This document shows positions 1 through 11,989 of a stretch of 64,000 nt of DNA, in pieces. The notes below the pieces were generated by a model. It was not told where the DNA came from. It saw nothing but the letters and a program-made list of their open reading frames with translations, and searched no databases. Both the position numbers and the translations under genes were made by a program. The first letter of the stretch is position 1. Every line of letters starts with the position of its first letter. Origin of the DNA: Euglena gracilis (Eukaryota); contig CP154954.1 in assembly GCA_039621445.1 (NCBI GenBank), positions 15,209,805 to 15,273,804 of the forward strand, given 5' to 3'.

Positions 1-1508
1 TGGGCGCAATTTCGCAAAAAAAACAATTCTTTTTGTGGGCGCACTTGCGCAAATAAAACGTACACCGATGATGTTAAAATGATATGTTTGTGGGCGCAAA
101 TGCGCCTATAAACAGTTTTTTTGGTGCGCGCATTTGTGCAAATGAGCGCACCAACAGGTTAATGTTTATTTGCGCAAATGCGCCCACCAACATGTATTTT
201 TACTTTCCATGTTAAAACACACCAATGAGGACCACGACCACACCAGGTTTTAAAACGTGATGGGGGTGTTGGTGTGCGCAATTGCGCAAATAAACACACT
301 TACGTTTGTGCGCGCATTTGCACAAATGCGCGCGCAAACATTTAATACACCGCTTCAAAATGATGTGTTTGTAGGAGCCTTAGAGCACACAAACAAAGTT
401 GCTTTTATTTGCGCAAATGCTCGCATTAACACACATCAGTTGTGCTATACCATCTCCTCCTTCGTGACAGCTGACGAACGCAATTCCTCACGTCAACCAT
501 TGATTTGCACCACGATTATGTGGAGACGAAATTTGTGGTGAGAGGAAGTGTGGAGTGTTCACTGGAACACGGCATAAGACTAGCCACAATTTGCCTGCCT
601 TACGTGTGTACATTTGTACTGTTGTTACCCGGCCTGAACGGCCTGTTGTTTTGGCGTCATCCGTTTCGCAGTTAAACGTCATGAATTGATGACGTGCAAA
701 CGACCTGTGACTGCTGGACACCTTTTCTGCAACAGGACTGTGTTACAAGAAGACAATATTTCGCACCTGAAATGCCAGGATGTGTCCGGCCGTAGTCCGT
801 TTTCTAGTTTTTCTCCATCATTTTTCCCTTGAAATATGTAAAAAAAACACCAATTTTTGTGCATAATTTGGGGATAGCCATGCACTGGCACCACGTTGTC
901 CCCCCAGTCTCACACCCCGGTTGCGGGGAATAAAGTGGCCGCTAAAGCTGGGTGTCGTTGCACTGGGAAGGTCGATGCCGGCCTGCTGGGTGCTGAAGCA
1001 TCAGCAGCTGATGTGGCTGCAACAGCGGAGCCGAGGCTGCAGGCCAGCGGCAGGGCCGTTGGGACCCAAAAATTGGTGCTGGTGGACGTGCACTGTTACT
1101 GGGTGGCTGTGAACCCACCTTCAAGAGATGCTATGGCTCCATATTTTGTGGGACCTGTCAACGGTCCAAAAACGGCACAATAACACCATATGCCGGAGGA
1201 GACGGTGTGGTCATTTGGGTTGAACCAATTCAAAAGCCACTAAGGGTGGCTGTAGGAGGGCCAAATGAAATTTTACTTCTCCATTGTTTGTTTTTTTGCG
1301 CATTTGCGCGCATCACGTTGTTTTGTGGGCGCAAATGCACAAAAAAACATAATAAATTATACAGTTCCTTCATGTGGTTTATTTGCACATTTGCGCCCAC
1401 AAACAACGTGATGCGCGCAAATGCGCAAATAAACCACATCTGCTCTCGGCGTTTGACGGTTGTGTTTCCGTCACACAGTTCTTCTTTGTATTTATTTGCG
1501 CAAATGCG
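1..1508. repeat. Host repeat rich in GCGCA(T/A)TTGCGCAAAT palindromic motifs (continues at 13358-13772 and 28363-~28868)
   Basis: Many TTTGCGCAAA/TGCGC motifs in AT-rich blocks, alternating with GC-rich exon-like blocks. The same motif resumes on the far side of each LTR element. Confidence 0.65.
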
Positions 1509-2358
1509 TGTCGGCCGCCGGCTTTTGCCGGCAGCCAAAAATTGCCCGAAAGCGCAAATTTCAAAGTCGCTGGTAACAGCCAATCAGTTAAAAAAAACCC
1601 GCGATAGAAATTGGAAGCGGGTCAAATTCGTTTGCATCTTCAAATTCTGTTTTTTTGCAGAGCTTGAGGGGTTTTCCCCATTATTTGGCAAAGAAGGGAT
1701 ACCATTGTATTGAATTTGGCATTTACATTCTTGGTGAGAATTCGAAGTGTGGATCACATTGGCGGTGGACTTTGAATTGCAATTCATATTGGCTATTGAA
1801 GTCAATTTGGAATTGAAATCAAGAAGGTGACCCTACAACACCGCCACCCTCACCGCCGCTCCTATTCCCTATACCCCTCTTCCTTGCCCCAGGTTTGCAC
1901 ATTTTCACACATTCACATTTCACAGTTCGTTTTCAATTCTTCACATTCAGCTACTTTCAGTTTTTCACTCTCAAAGATTTAAGTTTCAGTGGGTTGGGTT
2001 GTGGGTTGGTTTTGCCTTCAAGGTGTGCAAGAGAGTGTGAGAGTAAGAGAGAAAGAGAGAGGAGAACAGTGAGATTTCATTACAAATGGCAGATTTTTCG
2101 ATTTTCACCAAATTTTCGGAAAACATTAAAAAAACGATTCTACGCGCCGGCTGGGGTAGGGGGAAACACCTGGGTGAAAAAATGAGAGTTGGCCTGAGCC
2201 CACCCCAAGAAAAAGCGCAGGCCCCGCCCCGGAAACACCCACCCCCCGGCTGTCGGTGGTTTTCCACGACGGCGAGGACCCCCCCGGGCCCTCGGCCCAC
2301 CGGGACTCGCCGGTCGCGGGGGCGACCGGCGGCGCCCAGGGGGTGGGGCCGGCGAACA
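1509..2358 (+). repeat. 5' LTR of element A
   Basis: Starts TGTCGGCCGCCGGC and ends GGCCGGCGAACA. Colinear with 12502-13357 apart from scattered substitutions and small indels. Confidence 0.95.
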
Positions 2359-4770
2359 TGGTAAGCAGAGGCAGTTTCACTGACTCTGTCAGTGAATATT
2401 TTTCAGAGACGGTCAACACAGTCACAGAGGATTGTTCTGTTGGCTGCGTCAGCTGAATGGTACACGAGGGCAGTTTCACCAACGCAGTTGTCTGTGAATT
2501 TTCAGAAGAATCTGCAGAAATCTGCTGGTTTTCAGGTCAATCTGTCCGAGTGTCAGATTGTGCTGAAAATTTTCTGAGTTCTGTGGCAGAAATCTATTTT
2601 CAGAACGAAAAGGAAACTGAGTTTTCTGCAGCCCAGTTTTCAGAACCTGTGGCATCATTGCAAATCGTGACGGAATCTGTGGCAGAAAACAGTTTTCAGG
2701 CTGCAGAAACTTTATCGGCTTCAGGATTTTCAGAAACGACACAGGAATCAGAATCTCACTCTGATTCGTGGAGGGGGTCATTTACATGCATTAGGCCCAT
2801 CACGGTGGCAGGGCCAGAAAATTTACAAGCTGGTTCCACTGCAGCAGTGACGATGACGAATCAGACCCCCCAGCTTACGAAAGCGAATCAGAGGAAGAAA
2901 AACAGGCTGAAAACGCCATAATTCAGGAAATGGTTATTCAAATAATGAAAGCTGCTTGCATGTGGCCAGTAAATTTTTCAGGTTTTCAGCAAATTTCTGT
3001 GTCGTCACGAGACAGCAGCCCAGGGCCAGAACAAAAAATTTTGTGTTTAACAGCCCAGCCAGAACCATTGCTGTTAACACAGAGTTCAGAATCGCAGTCA
3101 GCACAGCCAGCTGCAGCCCAGCTGCAGGTTTTTCAGCCAGCCCAGCCGTTTTCGGCTGAGATATCTGTCTCAGCCCAGATGCCTGGGCAGGTTTTTCAAC
3201 CAGCTCAGCAGTTTTCGGCTGAGTCATCTGTCCCAGCAATCATGGGGCCAGCCCAGATGACTTCGCAGATTTTTCAGCCAGCCCAGCAGTTTTCGGCTGA
3301 GTCTTCTGTCCCAGCAATCATGGGGCCAGCCCAGATGACTTCACAGATTTTTCAGCCAGCCCAGCCGTTTTCGGCTGAGTCATCTGTCCCAGCAATCATG
3401 GGGCCAGCCCAGATGACTTCACAGGTTTTTCAGCCAGCGTTAACAGTGTCTTCAAACACAGGCCCAGCCCAGGTTTTTCGGCCAAATCAGCCAGATTTTA
3501 CACAGACCCAGCCAAAAAAATTGCAGCCAAACACCAGTTTTTCTGCAGAAACTGGGTCCGAAAACCCTGAAAATCAGCATGATGTGGAAATGGAATCGGG
3601 CTATGGCCAATCTGATGATGATTGGAACAACTGGGGTGAAGAAATCAGTTGCAAAATTGAATGTTTACATGGCAGACTTTTGGTGCAGGAAGGAAAACAC
3701 CCTGAAAAAACGGCTGAAAATCTGGTGGGGGAGGCAGAAAACAGGCTAAATCAGGCGTTGGCCATGTCACAGGGGCAGACATTGAATCTGGTCAATGAGG
3801 CATTGGGCATGCATGATCAGCAAATGGCGGATCACATTGCCATGGTGAAACGTGAAATTCAGGCTGAACTGAGTGCAACCATAAACGACTTGCTTTTGCA
3901 GTTTCAGCAAAATGGTTAAACGGTGCAAAACTTGGCCCAATGCCAAAGGTATTTGTTGAGTGTGGAAATGGAACGGCAGTTTGCTGAGAAAGTGAAGAAA
4001 GTGGAGGATGGAGTAAACACGTTTTTTGAGGCCCAGGTTGAGGGGTTGAAAAAAAAAATGAGAGGGATTTTTCTCAGAAGCTGTCGATTTTGGAAAAATC
4101 TGTGGGGGAGATGCACGTGGTGGTGCAACAAGTGGGGGAGAAGGAAAAACAGCAGGAAATTGCTGTTAATCAGGTCAAATCTGCAGTCGGTGAGCTAAGC
4201 TCTGGTCTGGTGGGACGCTTTGGGATCATTTTTCAGCAATGCAAAGGTTTGGGGGAGACTGAGTGTGCCAAATTTCAGGTGCAGGCTGAGAAATTGAAGG
4301 AATTTTCACAGTCCCTGGAGCGCTAGAGCAAAGCTCTGAATGATCGTTTGGGGAGGTTGGAGAATTTTCTGGGTCGGAAAGATTTTCCCATTGAGAAAGT
4401 CTGTGACCTGATCAACAAGAGTGAGGAAACCATTCGGTTGGAGGTGCAAAGGGAGTTGGGGCTGCAAACGAGAAAGAATTTGGAGGTAATTATCAGTGAA
4501 ATGTTGCAGGAAAGGTTGAGGCTGAGTGAAAGTGAGGGGCGGTTTGAAAAAGTTCGAGCCGAAATGGAAAATTCGATGAAACAGCAGGTTGGAGTTTTAC
4601 TGCAACAGCAGTCCAGTGAACTTTTTAAAGAACAACAGGCGCGGAAAAAACTACAGCAAAAGCTGGATTCGTTTCAGGCTGAGTTTTTGGTGATGAAAAA
4701 TCAGCAAGCTGAATCTGCCAAATCTGCGGCAGTGGATCTGACAAAGGAAACAAGAGAAAAATCAGCTTGA
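2358..4770 (+). pseudogene. Disrupted ORF0 / Gag N-terminal extension of element A (Ser/Glu-rich, 26-aa PAQ repeats, coiled coil)
   Basis: ORF fragments 2457-2921, 2930-3919, 3923-4326 and 4348-4770. About three copies of a ~78-bp repeat (FQPAQQFSAESSVPAIMGPAQMTSQ), followed by E/Q/K-rich helical sequence. Same layout as the corresponding ORF of element B. Confidence 0.7.
2359..2371 (+). promoter_or_regulatory. Primer-binding site (initiator tRNA-Met-like) of element A
   Basis: TGGTAAGCAGAGG abuts the 5' LTR and resembles TGGTAGCAGAGG (complement of a eukaryotic tRNAiMet 3' end) with one extra base. Confidence 0.7.
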
Positions 4771-4898
4771 AATTCAGAAATCGAGGAGTTTGATCTTTTT
4801 GGTTACAACGATTTACCTGTGATCGAGAAAAATACGGTTGAAATTGAAGGCTATGAATACGCTGAACCAGGGTCACATGCGACACATGTCAGGCAGGT

Positions 4899-5653
4899 TT
4901 GCGCACGACCTGTGGGGGCAGTGCCTGCAGGTGCAGGGCTGGTTTCATCAAATGCAGTGGCAACGCATCAATTGATGAAACTCTGGTAGCTCCAAATTTT
5001 TCTGGACAGCCAAAACACTGGTCGTCCTTTGTGCGTGATTGGGAGCAATATTTCATGACATTGGTTATTTTACAAAATGGAAATGTGTCTGATCCACTCA
5101 AACTTCGGCTTTTTTCAATGACGCTGGATGACACAAATCAAAAGGAATTGCAATTCCGGATGGAATTGAACGGGAAAACACCTTTCGAGGATGAATTTGA
5201 TAGGATTGACGGGAAATATGCCGGAACTCAGTCCGACTGTGCCAGAAAAAAATGGTGTGATGTCAACCTCGTGAACCAAGGGAAAATTACCGTAACGGAA
5301 TGGCGAGATTTTGTCATAAATTTCAAAATGGCCTGGAAACAGGTGAAAAGCGCCACTGACGATGAGGCAGAAAGACTGGTCAAAGGAAAACTGCCAAATT
5401 TCATTTTGCATTGGGTCGCCGATGAGGAGGAAAGGAAATCAACGTGTGGACCGAAAGTCAAAATGTACCCTGCAGTGCCTGCAACTGAGGAAAACACTAT
5501 TTGTGCCGTGGAACGTGTCACTGTGGAAAAGCCCTGCAAGGTTTCGAAAGTTTCACCGCTGGAGTTTGAAGTCTTTTTGCCCAATACTACGATTTGCGAC
5601 AAACTGAAAGAGGTCAGTGGGAAACCAATCACAGGCCCAACACGGATTAAAAT
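4899..5653 (+). pseudogene. gag: Gag capsid-like region of element A (C-terminus continues on the minus strand in the inverted segment)
   Basis: APNFSGQPKHWSSFVRDW...RKKWCDVNL aligns by eye with element B RPRFSGLAKDFAKFEGEW...RQSWESVRL. Confidence 0.8.
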
Positions 5654-6957
5654 ACTCCACCAGCTGTGAGCATCCTCCATTTTTTCTGTGACAAGTCATT
5701 CCATATCAACTTTTCACGGTGACTCCTCCAGAGAATCAAATTCGGGCAGGTCTGGCCATCACAAAGGTAGCTTGCAGATCGCTCCCCAAGGGGGGGTATC
5801 CCCAATCTGAAAAATGTAAATAATCAACATCGACAAAAGTCAGATTTTGAACACAGGGTCCGAAGCAACCCATGACGGGGAAATCCACCACAACCTTGGT
5901 GCAAAATCCAGTGCCAGTGGTTTGATCACAGTCATTGCCCCCCCCCCAATTTCTGACTCAATTTGGCAACCTATATTCTGTACAGGGCACCCCCCAATTT
6001 TCAGGGAAATCAGTGGGGGTACGTCCAATCTCCACTCCAAAATATTTCACAGTGGGTGGGGTTAAATCTGGGGTTTATGTCCACTGAGATCACCTTAAAT
6101 GCTCTCTTAGGCAATCCCCAACCGAGCTCAAAGGCAAAAAAGGCTAATGCTAAGAAGGCTGTGCACAACCCTCTTAGGAGGTCTGGTGGACCGTTGGGAC
6201 GAGTCCCAGATTTGCACGTCACGCAGGCACACACCCGACACACTGGACACACCTTGTACAGAGATCTCCTGGGTGGCAGATTTTTCATCGTGTTTTCACT
6301 CGCACAAGATTTTCTTGCCACCTGGGATTTGCGTATGTCTTTGTGTGCTGGGTATGCAAGCCTGGGGCGGCTGCCAACGGTCCACCGCGGCTATCCTAGC
6401 AACGGTTTCCTTTCCCCCTTCCTTTGCCTTTGCCTTTTCCACCATCCTGGCCCTTTCCCCTAGACCAGTCATTTCCATTGCCAATAATTGTTTCCTTTGC
6501 CCTTTCCTTTGCCTTTGCCACCAGCCTGTACAAAATTCTTGAGTGCCACCACTGATTTGCAAAATTGGCATTGGCATTGTAATTCCACCCCAATCGTATT
6601 TTCACCATATTTGCCAAATTGAGATTGCTGGGGGGGTGGCAATGACTGTGATCGAACCACTGGCACTGGATTTTGCACTGGGGGGTTCGCGTTTGCATTG
6701 GTCACTGGAGCTTCCACCTGTGAAGAATCTGATTTTTCAACAGGTTTCGCCACCGTTTCACCCCCCTTTGCTGTCCGTGAGGGGAGGGCGTCCTGGACCC
6801 CTTGGCCCGATCTGCCTTTGCAGACCTGGCCCTTCGGTTTCCAAACCCATTTGGCTCTCTGGAAGTGTGTAGCATATCTTGATTATCCCTTGATGACAAT
6901 TTTCGCTCAACAGAACGGAAAATTTCTTCAGCTCCCATTTTTGGCTGTTCCTCCACA
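5654..6957 (-). pseudogene. Inverted segment of element A: Gag C-terminus plus degenerate C5-cytosine methyltransferase
   Basis: The minus strand from 6956 reads VEEQPKMGAEEIFRSVERKLSS (compare B: HEYELSSDDIFEFVAARLRT), then a GKGKG tract. It continues with FKVISVDINPRFNPTH, VPCTEY, FAPRLWWI, TFVDVDYLHFSDWGY, CDGQTCPNLI and QLVEY, colinear with the element B C5-MTase. Flanked by the 10-bp inverted repeat GGATTAAAAT (5644-5653) / ATTTTAATCC (6958-6967). Confidence 0.75.
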
Positions 6958-6979
6958 ATTTTAATCCTTTTATCTGTGA

Positions 6980-7380
6980 TATCGTAGGGAGGATTATGCT
7001 GTTAGGAAAGTTTGTATGGAGGAAATTGAGAAGGAATTTCGGGTGAAGGCGGAACGGGATTGTTTTGCAACCAACCAAAATACCAGGTGTGAAAAGTTTT
7101 ATGGAGAGGATGATGATGCCATGAAAAAGGATTGGGGGACAGAGGAAACGTTGTGGATGAACCCCCCCTGGACTTTGTGGCCTGAGGTGGCTGAAAAATT
7201 GCGGAAATCCAATTGTCGGGCAATTTGCATTTGCCCAGACTGGAATAGGAAGTGGGTGAAAAATCTGGTGGCTATGGCTGTCAAAAAGATTTATTTTCCC
7301 AAGGTGACAAAGTTGTTTGAGGCTGATGGGAGGATTTTGAGGGGTGCCCGTTGGGGTGTGTGGGCCTTGTTGATTGATAG
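6980..7380 (+). CDS. N6-adenine-type (amino) DNA methyltransferase domain of element A pol
   Basis: EDYAV...RDCFA...DDAMKKDW...LWMNPPW (NPPW at 7160-7171)...AICICPDW...RWGVWALL. Colinear with the NPPF domain of element B. Confidence 0.85.
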
Positions 7381-7499
7381 AAGGCAACCCTCCCAGGGGG
7401 GGGAGAAGCCCCAGGGAAGAAAAATTTGTGCGGCTGAAAAAAAGAATGTTGAGGGGGACGAAAACTCGGGGAGGAGCAAAGAAACTCGGGGAGGACAGA

Positions 7500-7900
7500 C
7501 AACTTCTGTTAAAAACCCAGATTAAGTTGGCAAATGGGGAGGAAAAAACGTCCAAAATCTTGTTTGACACGGGGACTGAGGCAAACCTCATTCGACAAGG
7601 GTTGATAGGGGAACACCTAATGTATCCTGTTAAGGACCCGTTAAGGTTTGAAACTGCCAATGGGCAAACTTTGGCGGGGGGGAGCAGATGTGCTAAGGTA
7701 AAAATGATCCTTCAACAAAATTGGAATGAGGAAAGGGAAATTGAGTGTGTGTAGAATACGAGGTTGAATTTTACGAGGCAAATATCAACGTTGACGCAAT
7801 TATTTCTTATCCATGGTTGGCAGAAGCAAAACTGGTAATTTTTCCACACCACAAGGCGTTGGTGAAAGACAGCCCCGACCTGTTTTTTTTGCGGGGTGTT
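7500..7900 (+). pseudogene. Aspartic protease of element A (in-frame stop at ~7752)
   Basis: KILFDTGTEANLIRQGLI (DTG at 7566), LRFETANGQTLAGG and DAIISYPWL. Confidence 0.85.
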
Positions 7901-7987
7901 GACAGACGGAGGGGTCCGCAAAAATTCAGGGATGACATAAATTTTTCGGTGGGCAATGTGACTGTGGCGGACGGGTCTTAGTTTGGG

Positions 7988-9660
7988 TTGCAAAAACTTG
8001 GTCTTTGTTTGCCATTGGAGGGGTTGGACCAGGAAGTGCAATTTTTGAGCGATGAGGACCTAAGGGAGGTTGCGACAAATTTGGAGGGAAGTGACCCCCC
8101 AGTGCAAGTTATCAACCGAATGATAATTGCAAGGGATGGGGAGGACAAAAAAGAGGAGGAACAGGTAGTCAAGTTGAGGGAACAAGTTTTGGAAGATTAC
8201 CGGGGGACGGTATTTCGGTCATCGCCATTTCCAGACCCCCCCGAAAAAGGGCAATATGGTTATGCATACATACCGTTGAAGGAGGGGGCAAAGCCAACCA
8301 GACAGAAGCCTTTTTTCATGCACGGTGAGCGGAAAGAGGCACTTGAAAAAATCACCCAAGACTGGCTCGACAAAAAATACATTGAGCCAGCTACAGCCAA
8401 AAATTCCGAATGGCTGTCCCAGACTTTTCCAGTTCCAAAAAAATCCAACGATTTTCCTTGGAGGGGGGTGGTGGACCTCAGGGGGCCAAACAGCCAAACA
8501 AGGCGATGCAACTACCCCCTACCCAAAATTGAAGACATTTTGGTCAAACATGGTGCAAACCAAATGTTTTCGATTACTGATTTGAAGCAAGCTTTTCACC
8601 AACACCCTTACACCCAGAAAGTCGACCCATAACGTGTTGTTTTACCCCAAATGCATTTTTCAGTGGAGGGTGAACGTAATGGGTTTGCCCCCCAACAATT
8701 TCAGTAAATGATCGATGACCGTTTGACACCAGTAAGGGATATCGCCACAGGGTACATATACGATATAGTGGTGGGGACAACGGTCGGGGAAGGGGAGGAT
8801 CTAGTGGGGGCACACGAAAAAGTTTTGAGGAGGGTGTTGGAGGTGCTCAAAACAGAACTTTTGGTGGCTGATGAATTCAAAGCCAAACTTTTTGTGGAGG
8901 AGGTTGAATTTTGTGGACAAATTTTAGGAAACGGGACTAGGAGGCCAGCACCGGGTAAGCTACGAGCGATCGAAAAGTGGGAGGTTCCAAAAAACAATTA
9001 CGGCTTTGAGAGCCTTTTTGGGATTCACAAATTATTACAATGCATACATTCACATGTATGCGGAAGTAGCAGCCCGGTTGCCAAGACAAATTGAAAGTCC
9101 CCAGGGAGGTGGGAAAGAAAGGAAGTCGAAAACCTGTGGAGAGATTTAAAAGCTTTTTAGGAGCTGAAAAAAAGGTTGTGTTCGGGCCTAATGTTGCAAC
9201 GGGTAGACCCAGATAAACCCTTTGTGCTAAGGGTTGATGCCAGTGGGTACGCCGTGGGGGCAACGTTAGAGCAAATAAAGGAGGGGGGAGGAAGACCCAC
9301 AGCCCAGGATGTGATTGAGAAAAAAACTGTGCCAGTGGCTTTTATGCCTCGAAAATTGACCGAGGGGCAAAGAAAATGGATCCCCAGGGAGTTGGAGACG
9401 TATGCCATAATTTTGGCACTACAAAAATGGGAGAGTTGGATTGGATTGCAACCCGTTGTGGTTTTAACCGACCATCCAAAGTTTGGAGTCTTGGACAAGG
9501 GAAGTCCTAGACACCCCCAGTGGTCCGGTTAGGAGGAGGGCGAGATGGCACCAAATTTTCTCCAAGTATGATTTGACGGTTGGATATATCCCGGGTAAAG
9601 AAAACACCATAGCCGATATCCTTAGTTGGTGGGCATACCCAGCTTCACAAGCCCTAAGGG
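7988..9660 (+). pseudogene. Reverse transcriptase and RNase H of element A (frameshifted; YIDD mutated to YIYD)
   Basis: FPVPKK...WRGVVDLRGPN, YPLPKIEDIL, DLKQAFHQ, GYIYDIVV, VEFCGQIL. RNase H motifs VDASGYAVGATLEQ, ELETYAII, TDH and IADILS. Confidence 0.92.
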
Positions 9661-10079
9661 ACATAAGTAAGCACGGGTCAGCCGAAGACAAGGATGAAAT
9701 GGAAAATTTTATACGGGAGGAAAAAGAAGAGGAAAAACAGTGTTTGGAGATAAGAATCAAAAACCAGCCCAATTTACGTAATGCCTGGATTCGGGGGGTG
9801 ACAACCCGTAGCGGCAAAAACGTAACACCTGAGGAGGAAAACGGAGAGTGCACAAGGAGGGGAACCGAGGGTGGGGTAGACCCAGGAGGAAAAGACACCC
9901 CTGTGGACACCCACTCACAAGGGCCCAGGAAAGAAAAGAAACGAGTTCATTTTTGGGATGAGAAAGTGGAGGGGGAGACGACCCCTGTCCCGGAGACGGC
10001 TGAAAGTTCGAGGGGGGACACTCGTATGGAAGTGGGGGACGCCCTGCCAAGTACGACCCCTAAGGATATTAAGCCCGTA

Positions 10080-11558
10080 TGGGAGCGTGATTGGGTGGAA
10101 GCATATTTCCAATGCCCCACATGGAAAGAAAAATGGGTAGCTACCAAAGGCGATTCAATTTGGCCAAAGGGCTTCAAAGTGCTAAATGGCCAAATGTTTT
10201 GTGAAGAAACGTTGTGTGTGCCCGAAAGTTTTCAACACTTGGTGATTCAAGAAAATCACGAATTTTTGGGGCACGTTGGCCCTGAAAAAGTTTGGAAACA
10301 CATGGCAATCCGTTTTGTTTGGGCTGATGAAAAGGCTACAAAACAACTCAACCAAAGTTGCAGCAAAAATTATTACACATGCCAAGCGAGTGTGAGGGGG
10401 GAGAGTTTAAAAGGACCGATCGAGTCCACACCCATACCCCCTGCACTAATGACAAGTGTTGCCATCGATTTGTTTCGAATGCCAAGGGTTTTACACGATG
10501 GGGGGGAGTATGACACCCTAGCCTTGTGTGTGGATAGGCATTCGGGATGGATTGTGGAGGTTGCATGCAAGGACAAGGGACTAACCGGTGCCAAGTTGGC
10601 TAAGGAAATGGTGAAAAATCAGTGGAGGCCTTTTGGGGTTCCCTCGGTCATCTCAAGTGACCAAGGGAGCCATTTCACAAGCACTTGGTGGAAAAACATG
10701 TGTGCACTTTTGGGGATTAGGCAAGCATATTCCCAAGCATACCACCACCAAGCAAACGGGAGGGTTGAGAGAGCCGGATAACAGGTAATGGAGGTGTTGA
10801 GAAAATTCTATGTGGAGGAAAAAATTAATTGGGTTGAAGCTTTACCCCAAGTTTTGGACCGAATTCATGACGTAAATGGGGAAAGCGGATTGAGCCCATT
10901 TGAAATTTTGCATGGAAGGGAACGACCATTGGCAGGGGTACCCTACCAACCACCCAAAGAACGTGAGGATTCGGTGGAGTTTTTCCGTAGGATGCAAGAC
11001 ATTGATGGGAGGGTGGCTAGGATACTCAACAAAAAGCATGAGGAGGAGGTGGCAAGGATAAATAAGGGGAGGAAAGAAATGGAACCCCTAAAGGTGGGGA
11101 CGACGGTTTGGTATAGGAGACCCGAAGGGTCGGGTGAGAAGCTTGACTCTAGGTGGGTGGGACCTGGGGTCGTGAAGGGTAGAGAAGGGGAACGAAGTTA
11201 TGTAATCGAAATGAAACCTGGGGTGGAGACAAAAGCTCATAGGAATTTTTTGAAGGAGTATCGTGAACCCCAAGTGGAAGGTAAGGGGGTGCCTCTTTTT
11301 TACTATAAACGGACCGAAAAAGAAGAAGAGGCATTACCTGATGAGTGGGAGGTGAAAAAAATTCTAAGGCATCGGAAAGGAAAAGATGGAAAGTGGGAGT
11401 TTTTGACCAAGTGGGTCGGATATGAGGATGGGGAGGAAACCTGGGAACCGGCTGGAAATTTCATTCACAGATTCAGTGGGGAGTTTGTAAGATATTGCCG
11501 TGAGAAAAAAGTGGAAATGGACATCATGTCCGAACTTAAAATTGACAGTTGGCCATAG
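10080..11558 (+). pseudogene. Integrase with C-terminal chromodomain of element A (in-frame TAA at 10779-10781)
   Basis: NHEFLGHVG...YYTCQ (degenerate HHCC), AIDLF, SDQGSHF, NGRVER and WVGPG. Chromodomain EWEVKKILRHR...WEFLTKWVGYEDGEETWEPAGNF. Confidence 0.93.
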
Positions 11559-11989
11559 GCTCTAAGGTGAGCCATAAGGCCCTGTCCAAGGCTCTACGGT
11601 GAGCCTAATGGGAAGGCAAAGTGCTGTTTTCAAAATTCAAAAACCCGATTTGCACGCCCGTGTGGGTGTGAGTGCACGCACACACGCATGAGCGTGTAAA
11701 TGAGCGAATGTACAAATGCAAGAATTTGCCAAAAAGAATGGAGAAAGGTAGAAAAAGTCCCCACAAGGGGGCCGGGGCACCGCAGTATATGCACTGCCCG
11801 TTTGCTATATTTGCTGTCCGCTGTCCTTCTTCCCTTCCCTCCCTCTACCTTACCCCGCGTTGCCGTCACGTCTCCCTCGCATACACACATAGCGGTGTTG
11901 TTAGGGTTTGGAGAAGGATTCTTTTTTCAGATTGATTCCTTGAGATGATGGATTACATTATGGTTGGGAGTCCTTGGTCACATTATGAG

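Noticed and set aside
6758-7660. 300-aa minus-strand ORF (also 23784-24794 and 25998-27317)
   Set aside because: Antisense to recognisable pol domains or GC-rich repeats, with no motifs. Only the part of the minus strand below 6957 is meaningful, and in a different frame.
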